Assembly: GCA_963752385.1 (NCBI GenBank)
Contig: CAVVYL010000060.1
Location: 9,133-73,132, forward strand
Source of the DNA: an uncultured Acidimicrobiia bacterium
GTDB lineage: Bacteria; Acidobacteriota; Terriglobia; Versatilivoradales; Versatilivoraceae
Direction of reading: 5' to 3'
Length of the DNA stretch: 64,000 nt
Shown here: piece after piece, positions 20,610 through 30,155 of the stretch
Position numbering within the stretch: the first letter of the stretch is position 1
Layout of the letters: each line of letters begins with the position of its first letter
Made by a program: the position numbers and the translations under genes
The notes under the pieces: generated by a model
What the model saw: only the letters and a program-made list of their open reading frames with translations
Database searches by the model: none
What the model was told of the DNA's origin: nothing

Positions 20610-23114
20610 ATGAACCGTTACTTCCGATTTCTCACTTGTCTTGCCTTAACGTTTGCTTTTGCGTCGCCGGTTCCAAACTTGTCTGCTGCCACCGGCGATC
20701 TGGCTCAGAGAGCGGTCTCCGTTTTGCAGGAGCAGTGTCTGCCGTGCCATGGCGAATCGACTGCCATGTCGGGCTTGAAGCTCACGTCGCGCCAGCTTGT
20801 GTTGAAGGGCGGCACCCGCGGACCGGCTCTCGTTCCCGGCAAAGCGGAGGCAAGCCTCTTGTTTCAGGCGGTTAGCCATACAGAAAAGCTTGCCATGCCA
20901 CCTGGGAAGAAGCTGCGAGCTGAAGATGTCGCTTTGTTGCGTGAGTGGATTGAGGCTGGGGCCGCGTGGCCCCAGGGCGCTGCTACCCTCGAAAACATGA
21001 CTGCCTCCACGTGGTGGGCCTTCCGCAAGCCGGTGCGCCCCGAAGTGCTGCGATCAGGCCATGAGTGGGTGCGGAATCCCATCGACGAGTTTGTGCTCAA
21101 TAAGTTGGTTGAAAACGGGCTGAAGCCTGCTTCTGAAGCCAGCCGTCCCACCCTGATCCGTAGGCTTTATTACGATCTCACCGGTCTGCCGCCCAGCGCC
21201 GAAGAGGTGAGGGTCTTCGTTGAAGACCAGTCCGCCGACGCCTATGCGAAGCAAGTGGACCGACTGCTGGCCTCATCCCATTACGGAGAAAAGTGGGGGC
21301 GCCACTGGCTTGACTTGGTTCGGTACTCCGACACGGCCGGTTTCGAGCTGGACTCCTACATTGCTGACGCGTGGCGCTACCGCGACTGGGTGATCGAGTC
21401 ATTCAACAGCGACAAGCCTTATGACCGCTTTATCCGCGAGCAGATTGCGGGCGACGAGTTCTTTGCGGAGGACCCGGTTGCCCAAACCGGCACCGGCTTT
21501 TTCTGCGTCGGCCCCAATCGCGACCTCTTCCCTGACCAGTCAGACATCAACCGCGAAGAAACACTCACTGACTTTGTAGATACGACGGCCTCCGTCTTTC
21601 TGGCTTTGACAGCCGGCTGCGCGCGCTGTCACGATCATAAGTTCGATCCGATTTCGCAGCGCGACTACTTCCGCGTCCAAGCGATCTTCGAGCCCTTTGC
21701 AAAGACCCGGATACCCCTCGATCGCCTCTCTTCCCTCGCTTTTGACACTGCCGAGAACGTGCGTGAAATCAAGCTTCGCGAGATCGGTGAGCAGATTCGA
21801 GCGGCCCAAGGGCGCTGCCGGACGCAGCTTTTTGAGGAAAAGCTCAGAGTTCTGCCTGCTGAAGCCCAAGAAGCCCTACGCCTGGATGATTCGAAGCGCA
21901 CGGCCCGGCAGCGTGCACTCGTTACTGAATACGGTCCGAAGGCGCGGGTCAGCGATGATGAGGTCCGGGCCTGTCTGACGAGCGAGGAATCGGCTCGGCT
22001 CCATCTCATCGAGAAGGGGTTGGTCTCCATGTTTGCCGATTACCGGCCGAAGTCCTTTGCCTGCGGTATTACGGATATTGGCTACGTCTCACCCAAAACC
22101 TATGTTCCGGGCAGAGGCTCGCGCCCGCGCGAGGAGGTTCAGCCGGGCTTCTTTTCGATTCTCGGCGGCGGCGAAGTGCCACCTCCTGCCGAGAAACGGG
22201 AAGGCACGGGACCGATTCCGCTGAACCCAACGACTGGCCGCCGCCGAGCCCTTGCCGATTGGATTGCCACGCCCGACAATCCGCTCACCGCTCGGGTCAT
22301 GGTGAACCGCATCTGGCAATACCACTTCGGTCGCGGCATTGTGGCGACGCCATCGGATTTCGGCACGCGCGGCCGCCTCCCCTCCCACCCTGAGCTGCTC
22401 GATTGGCTGGCGACGGAGTTCGTGGCGCGGGGCTGGTCGGTGAAGCAGGTGCACCGGCTCATCTTGAACTCAGCCGCCTACCAGCAGGATTCCGTTGGTG
22501 CGCCTGAGGCTGCTCAGAAAGACCCTGAAAACCTGCTGCTGTCCCGTTTCTCGCGCCGCCGCCTCAATGCCGATGAGATCCGCGACTCGGTGTTGGCGAC
22601 CGCGGGCCGGCTCAACCGGAAGGCGGGCGGCCGCCCCGTCGTGACCCCGCTTTCCAAAGAGGAAATGCAAAGTCTCACCCAGCGCCCGGCTGATGCCTGG
22701 GTTGTGACCGCCGATACTTCCGAATACAGCCGGCGCAGCATCTACCTGCTTCAGAAACGCACTTTCCGGCTTCCCATGATGGAAGTGTTCGATGCGCCGG
22801 AACCGATGCTGACCTGTCCGCGCCGTGAGTCGTCCACTACGGCTCCCCAGTCGCTTACGCTGCTGAACGGCGCCTTTGTCATGGAGCAATCACGCGCGCT
22901 GTCAGAGAAACTGGCTGCGGAGCACGCCTCCGACGAGAAACTCATCCGAGCCGCTTGGTTGCAGGTTCTGGCGCGCGAGCCTGATTCCGAGGAGATGAAG
23001 CTTGCGAATCGCTTCCTGGCCCGTCAAACTGAGAATACCGGCGGCCGTCTGGGGGCTGCCACTGAAATGATTCGTGGTCTATTTAACTTGAACGAGGTTC
23101 TCTATGTGGACTAA
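20610..23114 (+). CDS. PSD1-family protein (planctomycete-type cytochrome-c domain plus DUF1549 plus DUF1553)
   Basis: Signal peptide, CxxCH (CLPCHG), DUF1549 motifs (…RRLYYDLTGLPP…) and DUF1553 C-terminus. Its stop overlaps the start of the downstream DUF1501 gene by 4 nt. Confidence 0.75.
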   Translation: MNRYFRFLTCLALTFAFASPVPNLSAATGDLAQRAVSVLQEQCLPCHGESTAMSGLKLTSRQLVLKGGTRGPALVPGKAEASLLFQAVSHTEKLAMPPGKKLRAEDVALLREWIEAGAAWPQGAATLENMTASTWWAFRKPVRPEVLRSGHEWVRNPIDEFVLNKLVENGLKPASEASRPTLIRRLYYDLTGLPPSAEEVRVFVEDQSADAYAKQVDRLLASSHYGEKWGRHWLDLVRYSDTAGFELDSYIADAWRYRDWVIESFNSDKPYDRFIREQIAGDEFFAEDPVAQTGTGFFCVGPNRDLFPDQSDINREETLTDFVDTTASVFLALTAGCARCHDHKFDPISQRDYFRVQAIFEPFAKTRIPLDRLSSLAFDTAENVREIKLREIGEQIRAAQGRCRTQLFEEKLRVLPAEAQEALRLDDSKRTARQRALVTEYGPKARVSDDEVRACLTSEESARLHLIEKGLVSMFADYRPKSFACGITDIGYVSPKTYVPGRGSRPREEVQPGFFSILGGGEVPPPAEKREGTGPIPLNPTTGRRRALADWIATPDNPLTARVMVNRIWQYHFGRGIVATPSDFGTRGRLPSHPELLDWLATEFVARGWSVKQVHRLILNSAAYQQDSVGAPEAAQKDPENLLLSRFSRRRLNADEIRDSVLATAGRLNRKAGGRPVVTPLSKEEMQSLTQRPADAWVVTADTSEYSRRSIYLLQKRTFRLPMMEVFDAPEPMLTCPRRESSTTAPQSLTLLNGAFVMEQSRALSEKLAAEHASDEKLIRAAWLQVLAREPDSEEMKLANRFLARQTENTGGRLGAATEMIRGLFNLNEVLYVD

Positions 23115-24513
23115 GTCGAGACGAGAGTTCCTGCGCACTGCCGGCATGGGCTTCGGCGCAGCCGCTGCCTCTTCGCTGCTGGAAGCCGCAACACCGAATC
23201 CGCTGGCGCCCAAGCCGCCTCACGAAATCGCGCGTGCGAAGAGTGTCATTTGCCTGTTCATGCACGGCGGCGTCTCTCATGTGGACACCTGGGATCCGAA
23301 GCCAGAGCTTGCCCGGTTGTCGGGAAATACGCTGCCCGCAAGCTTTGTGAAAGGTCTCAAGACCAGCCGCATTGATTTCACGAAAGCCCTGGCCCGCGGC
23401 GCTGCCTTCAACTTTCAGCGGCATGGCCAGTCCGGCATTGAGATTTCCACGCTATTTCCGGAGATCGCGCGCCACGCTGACGAACTATTCCTGGTACGTT
23501 CATGCCACGGCGACGCGTTTGATCACGCGCCGGCGATGTACTCCCTCAGCACGGGTTCTCAGTTTCCAGGCAAGCCTTGCCTGGGCTCGTGGTCCATCTA
23601 TGGGCTGGGTACCGAGAACCAGGACCTGCCGGCCTTTGTGGTGATGACCGACGGCGCCATGAAATGCGGCCCGCAGGGCTACGGCGCGGGGTACCTGCCT
23701 GCCGTATATCAAGGCACCGTGTTTCGAGGGGGGCAATACCCGGTGCTCGATCTGGCCACGCCAGAGGGTGTCCCGGCCGGTGCACAGCGGACGACGCTCG
23801 ACTTTATCAGCGAGATGGATCGTCGTCACCTGGCCAGCCGTCCCGGCGATTCCGACCTGGAAGCGCGGCTGGCTGCCTATGAGCTTGCGTTCCGCATGCA
23901 GGCGACAGCACCCGAAGCCGTAGACATCGGAAAGGAGACTACGGCGACGAAGAGGCTGTACGGCATCGGCGAGCCGCAGACCGACGACTTTGGCCGGAAG
24001 TGCCTGCTGGCCCGGCGCCTGGTGGAGCGCGGGGTGCGCTTTGTGCAGCTGTACTCGGGCACTCACCTGGGCGACGACTGGGACGGTGCGCATAGCGATC
24101 TGATCGGGTCCCACACCAGGATGGCCGCCAAGACCGACAAGCCGGTCGCTGCCCTGCTCACCGACTTGAAAGCGCGCGGCTTGTTCGACTCCACTCTGGT
24201 CTTGTGGTGCAGTGAGTTTGGCCGCACACCGCTTGCCGAAGGCCGTAACGGTCGTGACCACCATCCGTACGCTTTTTCGGTTTGGTTTGCCGGAGCCGGT
24301 GTTCGCGGCGGAAGGGTCTATGGAGCCACCGACGAGTTTGGCCTGCGGCCGGTGGAACACCCGCTCGTCAATCATGACATCAATGCTACCCTGCTGCGTC
24401 TGCTGGGCCTGGACCACACGAAACTGACCTACTTCCATCAAGGCCGCGACCAGCGCCTGACCGACGTCCACGGCGAAGGCGAGTTTACCCGTCAACTGCT
24501 TGGCCTGATCTGA
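23104..24513 (+). CDS. DUF1501 domain protein (Tat signal, sulfatase-like)
   Basis: MWTKSRREFLRTAG Tat motif and the conserved DUF1501 core. The ATGTGGACTAA 4-nt overlap with the upstream gene suggests translational coupling. Confidence 0.8.
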   Translation: MWTKSRREFLRTAGMGFGAAAASSLLEAATPNPLAPKPPHEIARAKSVICLFMHGGVSHVDTWDPKPELARLSGNTLPASFVKGLKTSRIDFTKALARGAAFNFQRHGQSGIEISTLFPEIARHADELFLVRSCHGDAFDHAPAMYSLSTGSQFPGKPCLGSWSIYGLGTENQDLPAFVVMTDGAMKCGPQGYGAGYLPAVYQGTVFRGGQYPVLDLATPEGVPAGAQRTTLDFISEMDRRHLASRPGDSDLEARLAAYELAFRMQATAPEAVDIGKETTATKRLYGIGEPQTDDFGRKCLLARRLVERGVRFVQLYSGTHLGDDWDGAHSDLIGSHTRMAAKTDKPVAALLTDLKARGLFDSTLVLWCSEFGRTPLAEGRNGRDHHPYAFSVWFAGAGVRGGRVYGATDEFGLRPVEHPLVNHDINATLLRLLGLDHTKLTYFHQGRDQRLTDVHGEGEFTRQLLGLI

Positions 24514-24770
24514 CGGCTCCGCGCCTGGGAGGGCGGGAAGCGGCCACCTGTCTCCCCTTTAAGCTCTATCCGCGTTCATCCGGGACCATCCGTGTCCGGA
24601 AGTCTTCTCCGCCTCCGTGTCTTTGTAGATTCGTTCGTTGAGAAAAGGCTTTGCCTGGACCAGCGCGGATAACTGCAGAAGAGTGGTCATCGTTGTCCAG
24701 GCATCTCTCCTGAGGCGATCTAAGCTGGGAGAAGGTGCAAAGTGGTGCATCATCATGTAGAATCGCAGCC

Positions 24771-25028
24771 ATGGTGATCATAGAAAAACCAATCCGTCAG
24801 AGCATCTCGTTGCCCTCTCGCCTGGCCAAGCGGGTCAGGGCCTTGGCCAAGCATCAGAAAACCAGCGCAAACCGTGTTCTGGTTGAGCTCATCGAGACTG
24901 GGCTGGAATCGAAGGAAGCTGAGAAACGCCGGTTCTTTGAACTGGCAGACCAGCTGTGTGCCTCGACCGATAGCGCAGAGCAGCAGCGCATCAAGGAAGA
25001 ACTGTCGCGCCTGACGTTCGGGGAATAG
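24771..25028 (+). CDS. ribbon-helix-helix (CopG/Arc-like) DNA-binding protein, antitoxin-like
   Basis: …IRQSISLPSRLAKRVRALAKHQKTSANRVLVELIETGL… is an RHH signature. The first ATG lies within a GTG-started ORF. Confidence 0.5.
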   Translation: MVIIEKPIRQSISLPSRLAKRVRALAKHQKTSANRVLVELIETGLESKEAEKRRFFELADQLCASTDSAEQQRIKEELSRLTFGE

Positions 25029-25280
25029 ATGCCGAAGATTCAGTGGACGAATCTGCCGCCTGCTCTCCGCGATCACCTTTTCGAGCGACTTCGCGAGGCA
25101 AGAGAGCGCAAGATCACAGTCGAAGACCTCTATCAATTGAAACTGTGGCGTGAAACTGCGCCCGAGGCTCCGGAAGGACTTTGGTACAAGGACTTCGGAT
25201 CGTTCAAGATCTGTGGCAACGGGAGATATCCGAAGACCTTTCTGCTGCGAGGCCAGACCGCCAAAGGGGTGAGACTCTGA
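25029..25280 (+). CDS. hypothetical 83-aa protein, immediately adjacent to the RHH gene
   Basis: Its ATG directly abuts the TAG of the RHH gene (…TAGATG…). No recognisable family. Confidence 0.35.
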   Translation: MPKIQWTNLPPALRDHLFERLREARERKITVEDLYQLKLWRETAPEAPEGLWYKDFGSFKICGNGRYPKTFLLRGQTAKGVRL

Positions 25281-25479
25281 ACCGCTGGAGCCGAAGGTCG
25301 TTAAGCTCGAACTACGGCTTCAATTGTGGCAATTCGCACCACATATCGCCTTGATCCATTTTCTTAGGAGCTTCTGCTGTGCATTCACAGCCTGAGATTA
25401 CGATGGACGAGACTCCACGGCAGGCATTAGAAGCGCCGGGAGGAAGCACCTCACAGGCCGACTACCCAGCCACTGCTAC

Positions 25480-26940
25480 ATGTGTCTGCTGACTCTTTAT
25501 CATCATCTTGGCGTCCCTCAAATCCTGAGAAGCCTTTGTCTCCTGTTAGGTCTTTGGATTCTGTGCCCACCCGCCTGGCTGTGCCAGGGCTTTGCGAGTG
25601 CCTGGACGGGTTTCGGGGAACCATTTCCCGATTCACTCGCAGCTCTCGGACCCCCGCGCCTCGCGACAGACATTCAGGAACCACTTCGGACAATAGGGCG
25701 GCCTGTTCCTGAGGCTTCCCACAACAAAGCCCGTGCCAACAACCAGGCAGCAGCTGACAAGTATCAACTTGCCAAAACTCTGGAGGGGAACGGCAAGAAT
25801 GTCGAAGCTATCGAAGCCCTCAGAGCGGCGATACAACTCCAACCCGATTTCATTGAGGCTCATTTTTCCCTCGGAGTCCTCTTGGCTCGTCTAGGCGGGG
25901 AACAGTACGGCGTCGCCTTGGACGAGTTCATAGAGGTCTTGCGATTGGATCCCAAGCATGCAGATGCACGAATCAACTTGAGCAATCTGTTTGAACAAGG
26001 AGGAAACCTCGAAGCGGCCCTGGCGCAGATCCAGGAGGCTCTCCGGGTCAGTGGAGGAACCGCTGAGCTTCACACGTTGCTCGGAGAGAAACAGGTACGT
26101 GCCAGGAGATACTCAGAGGCGATCCAGTCATTTCACAACGCGCTCGAGTTGGATGCCCGGTCCTCCACCGCTCACTATGGCATTGGGATGGCTTTGCGCT
26201 CGTTAGGCAGATTGTCGGAAGCACGTTCAGAATTTGAAGCGGCACTCGAACTCGATGCTGGGGACCCGTACGCTCACTATCAACTGGGCAGGCTCCTTGC
26301 TCAAGACGGGGAAGTCCAGGAGGCAATGAGTCATCTCAGGGAGTCCATTCGGCTGAAGCCGACTTTGTCTGAGGCCTGGGCCGAACTGGGTGGGCTCCAC
26401 CGGCGCCTAAACAAGCCGGAAGAGGCTGAGCAAGCCTTCCGCAAAGCTCTCGAATCAAGCCCTGACCAGGAAAGGGCATGCTATGCGCTGGCGCAGCTCC
26501 TTCAGACCGAGGGCAAAAACGCCGAAGCCAAGGAGTTCTTCGAGCGCGTCGAACAAATAAAGCAAAAACGGCATGCCTCAAATCAAGCTTCCAGTTTGAA
26601 TTCCAGAGGTGTTGAACTGATGAATCAGGAACGTCTGGATGAGGCCCTAATCCTGTTCAGAGATGCCCTGTCACGGGATCCCCTGCATGCTGAAGCCGCC
26701 TACAACCAGGGACTGGTGCTCGCTCGTCTGGGAAAAGCCACGGAAGCCGTCGAGTCCTTTCGGATGGCCGTTCGGCTTCGCCCAGGATTCGTGCTTGCCG
26801 AGTCTGGTCTTGGTTTGGCGCTGAAGATCGCAGGAGACCCTTCCGCGGAAAGACAGCTTCAAAAAGCCAGATTGATGGAGGAATTGATACCAAGAAACGA
26901 AACCACGATTCAGACGCCAGCTCAGAAGGAGCCTGACTGA
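25480..26940 (+). CDS. tetratricopeptide-repeat protein
   Basis: Repeated TPR-like 34-aa helical units (…AL..AI.L.P….A….LG..L…G……). Confidence 0.7.
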   Translation: MCLLTLYHHLGVPQILRSLCLLLGLWILCPPAWLCQGFASAWTGFGEPFPDSLAALGPPRLATDIQEPLRTIGRPVPEASHNKARANNQAAADKYQLAKTLEGNGKNVEAIEALRAAIQLQPDFIEAHFSLGVLLARLGGEQYGVALDEFIEVLRLDPKHADARINLSNLFEQGGNLEAALAQIQEALRVSGGTAELHTLLGEKQVRARRYSEAIQSFHNALELDARSSTAHYGIGMALRSLGRLSEARSEFEAALELDAGDPYAHYQLGRLLAQDGEVQEAMSHLRESIRLKPTLSEAWAELGGLHRRLNKPEEAEQAFRKALESSPDQERACYALAQLLQTEGKNAEAKEFFERVEQIKQKRHASNQASSLNSRGVELMNQERLDEALILFRDALSRDPLHAEAAYNQGLVLARLGKATEAVESFRMAVRLRPGFVLAESGLGLALKIAGDPSAERQLQKARLMEELIPRNETTIQTPAQKEPD

Positions 26941-27006
26941 ATCGAATCAAGTACAAGATTTCGAGGGGCACACCAGGGAGCTGCTAAAATTGCACGTCAG
27001 CGAAGA

Positions 27007-27057
27007 GCCGGCTCTCCTTTCCCCTCGCGGGAGCGAGGGGAGGCGAAGTTTTCAGCC
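27007..27057 (+). terminator. candidate intrinsic terminator downstream of the TPR gene
   Basis: GC-rich hairpin cccctcgc-ggga-gcgagggg with extended stem, followed by …gaagttttcag. Confidence 0.35.
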
Positions 27058-27084
27058 GTTGCGCAGCTTTCGGGCTGACCATGG

Positions 27085-28284
27085 TTGCTTGGGAAGGAGC
27101 GCCGGTTCACGTATAAAGTGACGACCTTACTCCTGGCCATCTGTGCCACACTGCTGTATCTGTTGTCGACTTCCGCTCAAACGAAGTCTTCGCTCGATCA
27201 ATCGGACAAACACTTCGCCCGAGGCGTCGAGCTTCAGCAAAAGAACGACTTGGCAGGAGCGCGTCAGGCGTACCTTGAGGCATTGAGATTGGGGCCAGGC
27301 AGGATCGACGCCCTTTCCAATTTGGGCTCGGTCTACGCGCAGACAGGTCAGTTTGACGCGGCTATCCGATCGTACCAACAGGTACTCAAGTCCGATTCGA
27401 AACTGCACGTCGTTCGGCTACACCTGGCAATTGCTTACGTGCAGCTGCAACAATGGCCGGAGGCAGAGAGAGAGCTCTCCGCTGTTCTCACTGCGCAGCC
27501 AGACAATCTCCAGGCACGCCACCTACTAGGCATATCGCAATTGAAACAGAACAAGCTGAATGATGGCATCGCCGAGCTCGAAACGGTGCAGCGCGCTCAG
27601 CCGAAGAATCTCGCTGCGGCTTACACCCTGGTGTCCTCGTATATCAAAACCGGTCAACCGGAGAAGGCTCAGCCCCTTGTCGAGGGAACTTTACGACATC
27701 TCGACACGGCAGAGGCTCATCTGCTTACCGGTTCTTACGAAATGGCGAAGCGACGCTATCAAAGAGCTTTGGAAGAGTTCCGGCGAGCAGAGACATTGAA
27801 TCCATCGCTTTCTGGACTCTATTCAGAACTCGGCCACGCCTACGCCATGATTGGCAACCGGGTTCTCGCAATGCAAATGTTCGAGAAGCAGCTACAACGG
27901 AGCCCAGGGGATCCGAACGCGACTGCGTTTCTTGCCTGGTACTACCGTGAAGACGGTCGAGTGGATGAGGCTACAAGTCTGCTTCGGACAGCCCAGAGGC
28001 AGAAGGTCGACGACCCAGGGGTACTCTTTCAAATGGCGCAGCTCTCTCAGGCAAGAGGAGAGTCTGCAGCAGCGATTGCCCTCCTGGAAAAGGTCGTCCT
28101 GCAACGACCGGACTACACGCCCGCCCATGTGGTTCTATCGCAGCTCTATTTTAAGCAGAAGCGCCTTGCCGAAGCGCGGCGTGAGCGGGCGATTATCGAC
28201 CGCCTCAACGCTGCCGAACAGGATCGCCAGCCGGTAGCCGACGACTTGCGTTACACGGGCATTGGCAGCCCGATTCCCAAATGA
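27085..28284 (+). CDS. tetratricopeptide-repeat protein with N-terminal signal/TM segment
   Basis: TPR repeats throughout. The hydrophobic N-terminus TTLLLAICATLLYLLSTSAQT suggests the start could be GTG 27118 rather than TTG 27085. Confidence 0.65.
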   Translation: MLGKERRFTYKVTTLLLAICATLLYLLSTSAQTKSSLDQSDKHFARGVELQQKNDLAGARQAYLEALRLGPGRIDALSNLGSVYAQTGQFDAAIRSYQQVLKSDSKLHVVRLHLAIAYVQLQQWPEAERELSAVLTAQPDNLQARHLLGISQLKQNKLNDGIAELETVQRAQPKNLAAAYTLVSSYIKTGQPEKAQPLVEGTLRHLDTAEAHLLTGSYEMAKRRYQRALEEFRRAETLNPSLSGLYSELGHAYAMIGNRVLAMQMFEKQLQRSPGDPNATAFLAWYYREDGRVDEATSLLRTAQRQKVDDPGVLFQMAQLSQARGESAAAIALLEKVVLQRPDYTPAHVVLSQLYFKQKRLAEARRERAIIDRLNAAEQDRQPVADDLRYTGIGSPIPK

Positions 28285-28322
28285 GCCAGACACTCGCCGT
28301 CGAGCCAAAGGCGTCTGTTTGA

Positions 28323-30089
28323 ATGAACCCGGATCTGGAGAAACCGCCAAGAATGCCGCTGATAAGGCCCGAGTTAAGCGTGCAGCAGTCAATACTGGTC
28401 GGACTTCTCCTTACATTCTCGATACTGGGCTTTCGCAGGTTTCCTGCGGAGGTGTCAAAGGCAGATTCCGAGCGCGCTATCTTGTTTGAGGAACTCCCGT
28501 CAAAAGTCACCGGAATTGCCTGGGTTCATGACAACGCGATGTCGCCAGAGCGCCACTTGCCCGAGACCACGGGCTCAGGATGCGCATTTTTTGACTACAA
28601 CAATGATGGCTGGCTAGACATTTTTTTGGTCAACAGTGGAGTGTCGGACTTCTTCGCTCCCAAGAGTCCCCTCAAGAATGCCCTGTACCGCAACAATCGA
28701 GATGGGACATTCACGGATGTGACCGATCCAGCGGGACTGTCGGGCGGCCGGTTCGGTATGGGTGTCGCGGTGGGCGACTACGACAATGACGGCTGGCAAG
28801 ACTTGTACGTGACTAACTACGGGCACAACTATCTCTATCACAACCGGGGAGACGGTACGTTTCTAGAAGTTGCCAAGAAGGCGGGTGTGGATCTCAACGT
28901 CTGGTCCACTTCAGCCGTCTGGTTCGACTATGACAACGATGGACGATTGGACTTGTTTGTCTGCAACTACGTTTACTATGAGAGGGCCCTCAGCCGTCTC
29001 TGCCATGACGAAAGGCAGCGGGCGCGCTACTGTATCCCCCGCCTCTTCAAACCGACGCCGAGCCGTTTGTACTGGAACAAGGGAGACGGCACCTTCGCCG
29101 ACGTCTCAACGGAGTCGGGCATTGATGGCGTTTTGGGGAAGGCCTTCGGAGTGGTCGCAACCGATGTCAACAACGACAGGATGCCGGACTTGTTTGTGGC
29201 AAACGATATGGTTGCCAATTTCCTCTTTGTCAATCAGGGCAAAGGGAAGTTCGAAGAAGTTGGGTTGTGGTCCGGAGTAGGGTATAGCGAGGCGGGTTCT
29301 CCTCGCTCGGGAATGGGAGCCGACGCGACAGATTTTGATGGCGACGGCTGGCAGGATCTCTTTGTCGCCAATGTCGACCATCAGCGCTTCAGCCTCTACC
29401 GCAATCTCAAGGATCTGACGTTCCGTGAAGAGCCGGGCGAGATTGCTCGAGACACCTTGCTGCTGAGCGGTTGGGGATTGCGCTTCTTTGATTGTGACAA
29501 CGACGGTGACTCAGACCTGTTCCTGGCAAACGGCCACCCGGATGACATGGTCGATGAGGTCAACCTCCAGGTGAAGTACAAGGAGCCTTTGTTGCTGTTT
29601 GAGAATCGGGATGGAATCTTCAAGAATATCAGCGCCCACTCCGGCTCCATTTTCGCGAAGGATTTTCCCGCAAGAGGCTTGGCCACGGGAGATGTAGATA
29701 ACGACGGGCATTTGGACGTACTCATCAATGTCAATGGTCAGCCGCCTCTGCTGCTTCGGAACTCCGGTGGCGATCGCCATCATTGGATCGGTCTCAAATT
29801 GGTGGCGACTAAGAGCAATCCCGCGGCCGTTGGCGCACTCATTACCTGGCGCGTGGGCGAGAGAAAGAGGAGCCGGTTGAAAACGAGTGGAGGCAGTTAT
29901 TTGTCCTGGCACGACCCTAGGGAGATCCTGGGACTCGGCCCTTCAACCAAGATCGACGAGCTGGAAATCCGCTGGCCCAGTGGACAGATGGACAGGGTTC
30001 TTAATCCTCCGGTTGATACCTACGTTGAGCTGCGAGAGGGCAGCGGGACCGTGTCGAGGCAACTTCCCAAGGCAGAGACTCAACGATAA
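28323..30089 (+). CDS. CRTAC1-family protein (FG-GAP/VCBS repeats plus ASPIC/UnbV C-terminal domain)
   Basis: Repeated …[12 protein letters not shown]…, …[15 protein letters not shown]…, …[15 protein letters not shown]… Ca-binding repeat motifs and a UnbV-like C-terminus. This family commonly follows TPR genes in Acidobacteria. Confidence 0.75.
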   Translation: MNPDLEKPPRMPLIRPELSVQQSILVGLLLTFSILGFRRFPAEVSKADSERAILFEELPSKVTGIAWVHDNAMSPERHLPETTGSGCAFFDYNNDGWLDIFLVNSGVSDFFAPKSPLKNALYRNNRDGTFTDVTDPAGLSGGRFGMGVAVGDYDNDGWQDLYVTNYGHNYLYHNRGDGTFLEVAKKAGVDLNVWSTSAVWFDYDNDGRLDLFVCNYVYYERALSRLCHDERQRARYCIPRLFKPTPSRLYWNKGDGTFADVSTESGIDGVLGKAFGVVATDVNNDRMPDLFVANDMVANFLFVNQGKGKFEEVGLWSGVGYSEAGSPRSGMGADATDFDGDGWQDLFVANVDHQRFSLYRNLKDLTFREEPGEIARDTLLLSGWGLRFFDCDNDGDSDLFLANGHPDDMVDEVNLQVKYKEPLLLFENRDGIFKNISAHSGSIFAKDFPARGLATGDVDNDGHLDVLINVNGQPPLLLRNSGGDRHHWIGLKLVATKSNPAAVGALITWRVGERKRSRLKTSGGSYLSWHDPREILGLGPSTKIDELEIRWPSGQMDRVLNPPVDTYVELREGSGTVSRQLPKAETQR

Positions 30090-30155
30090 TAGAGGCAGGG
30101 ACCCCGAGTTAGTTCCTGCCCATTTCGAGTGACTGTACCTGAAAGAGGAAAGGCT

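Noticed and set aside
23500-24495. 331-aa minus-strand ORF inside the intact DUF1501 gene
   Set aside because: Antisense to a well-supported, conserved plus-strand gene. High-GC artefact.
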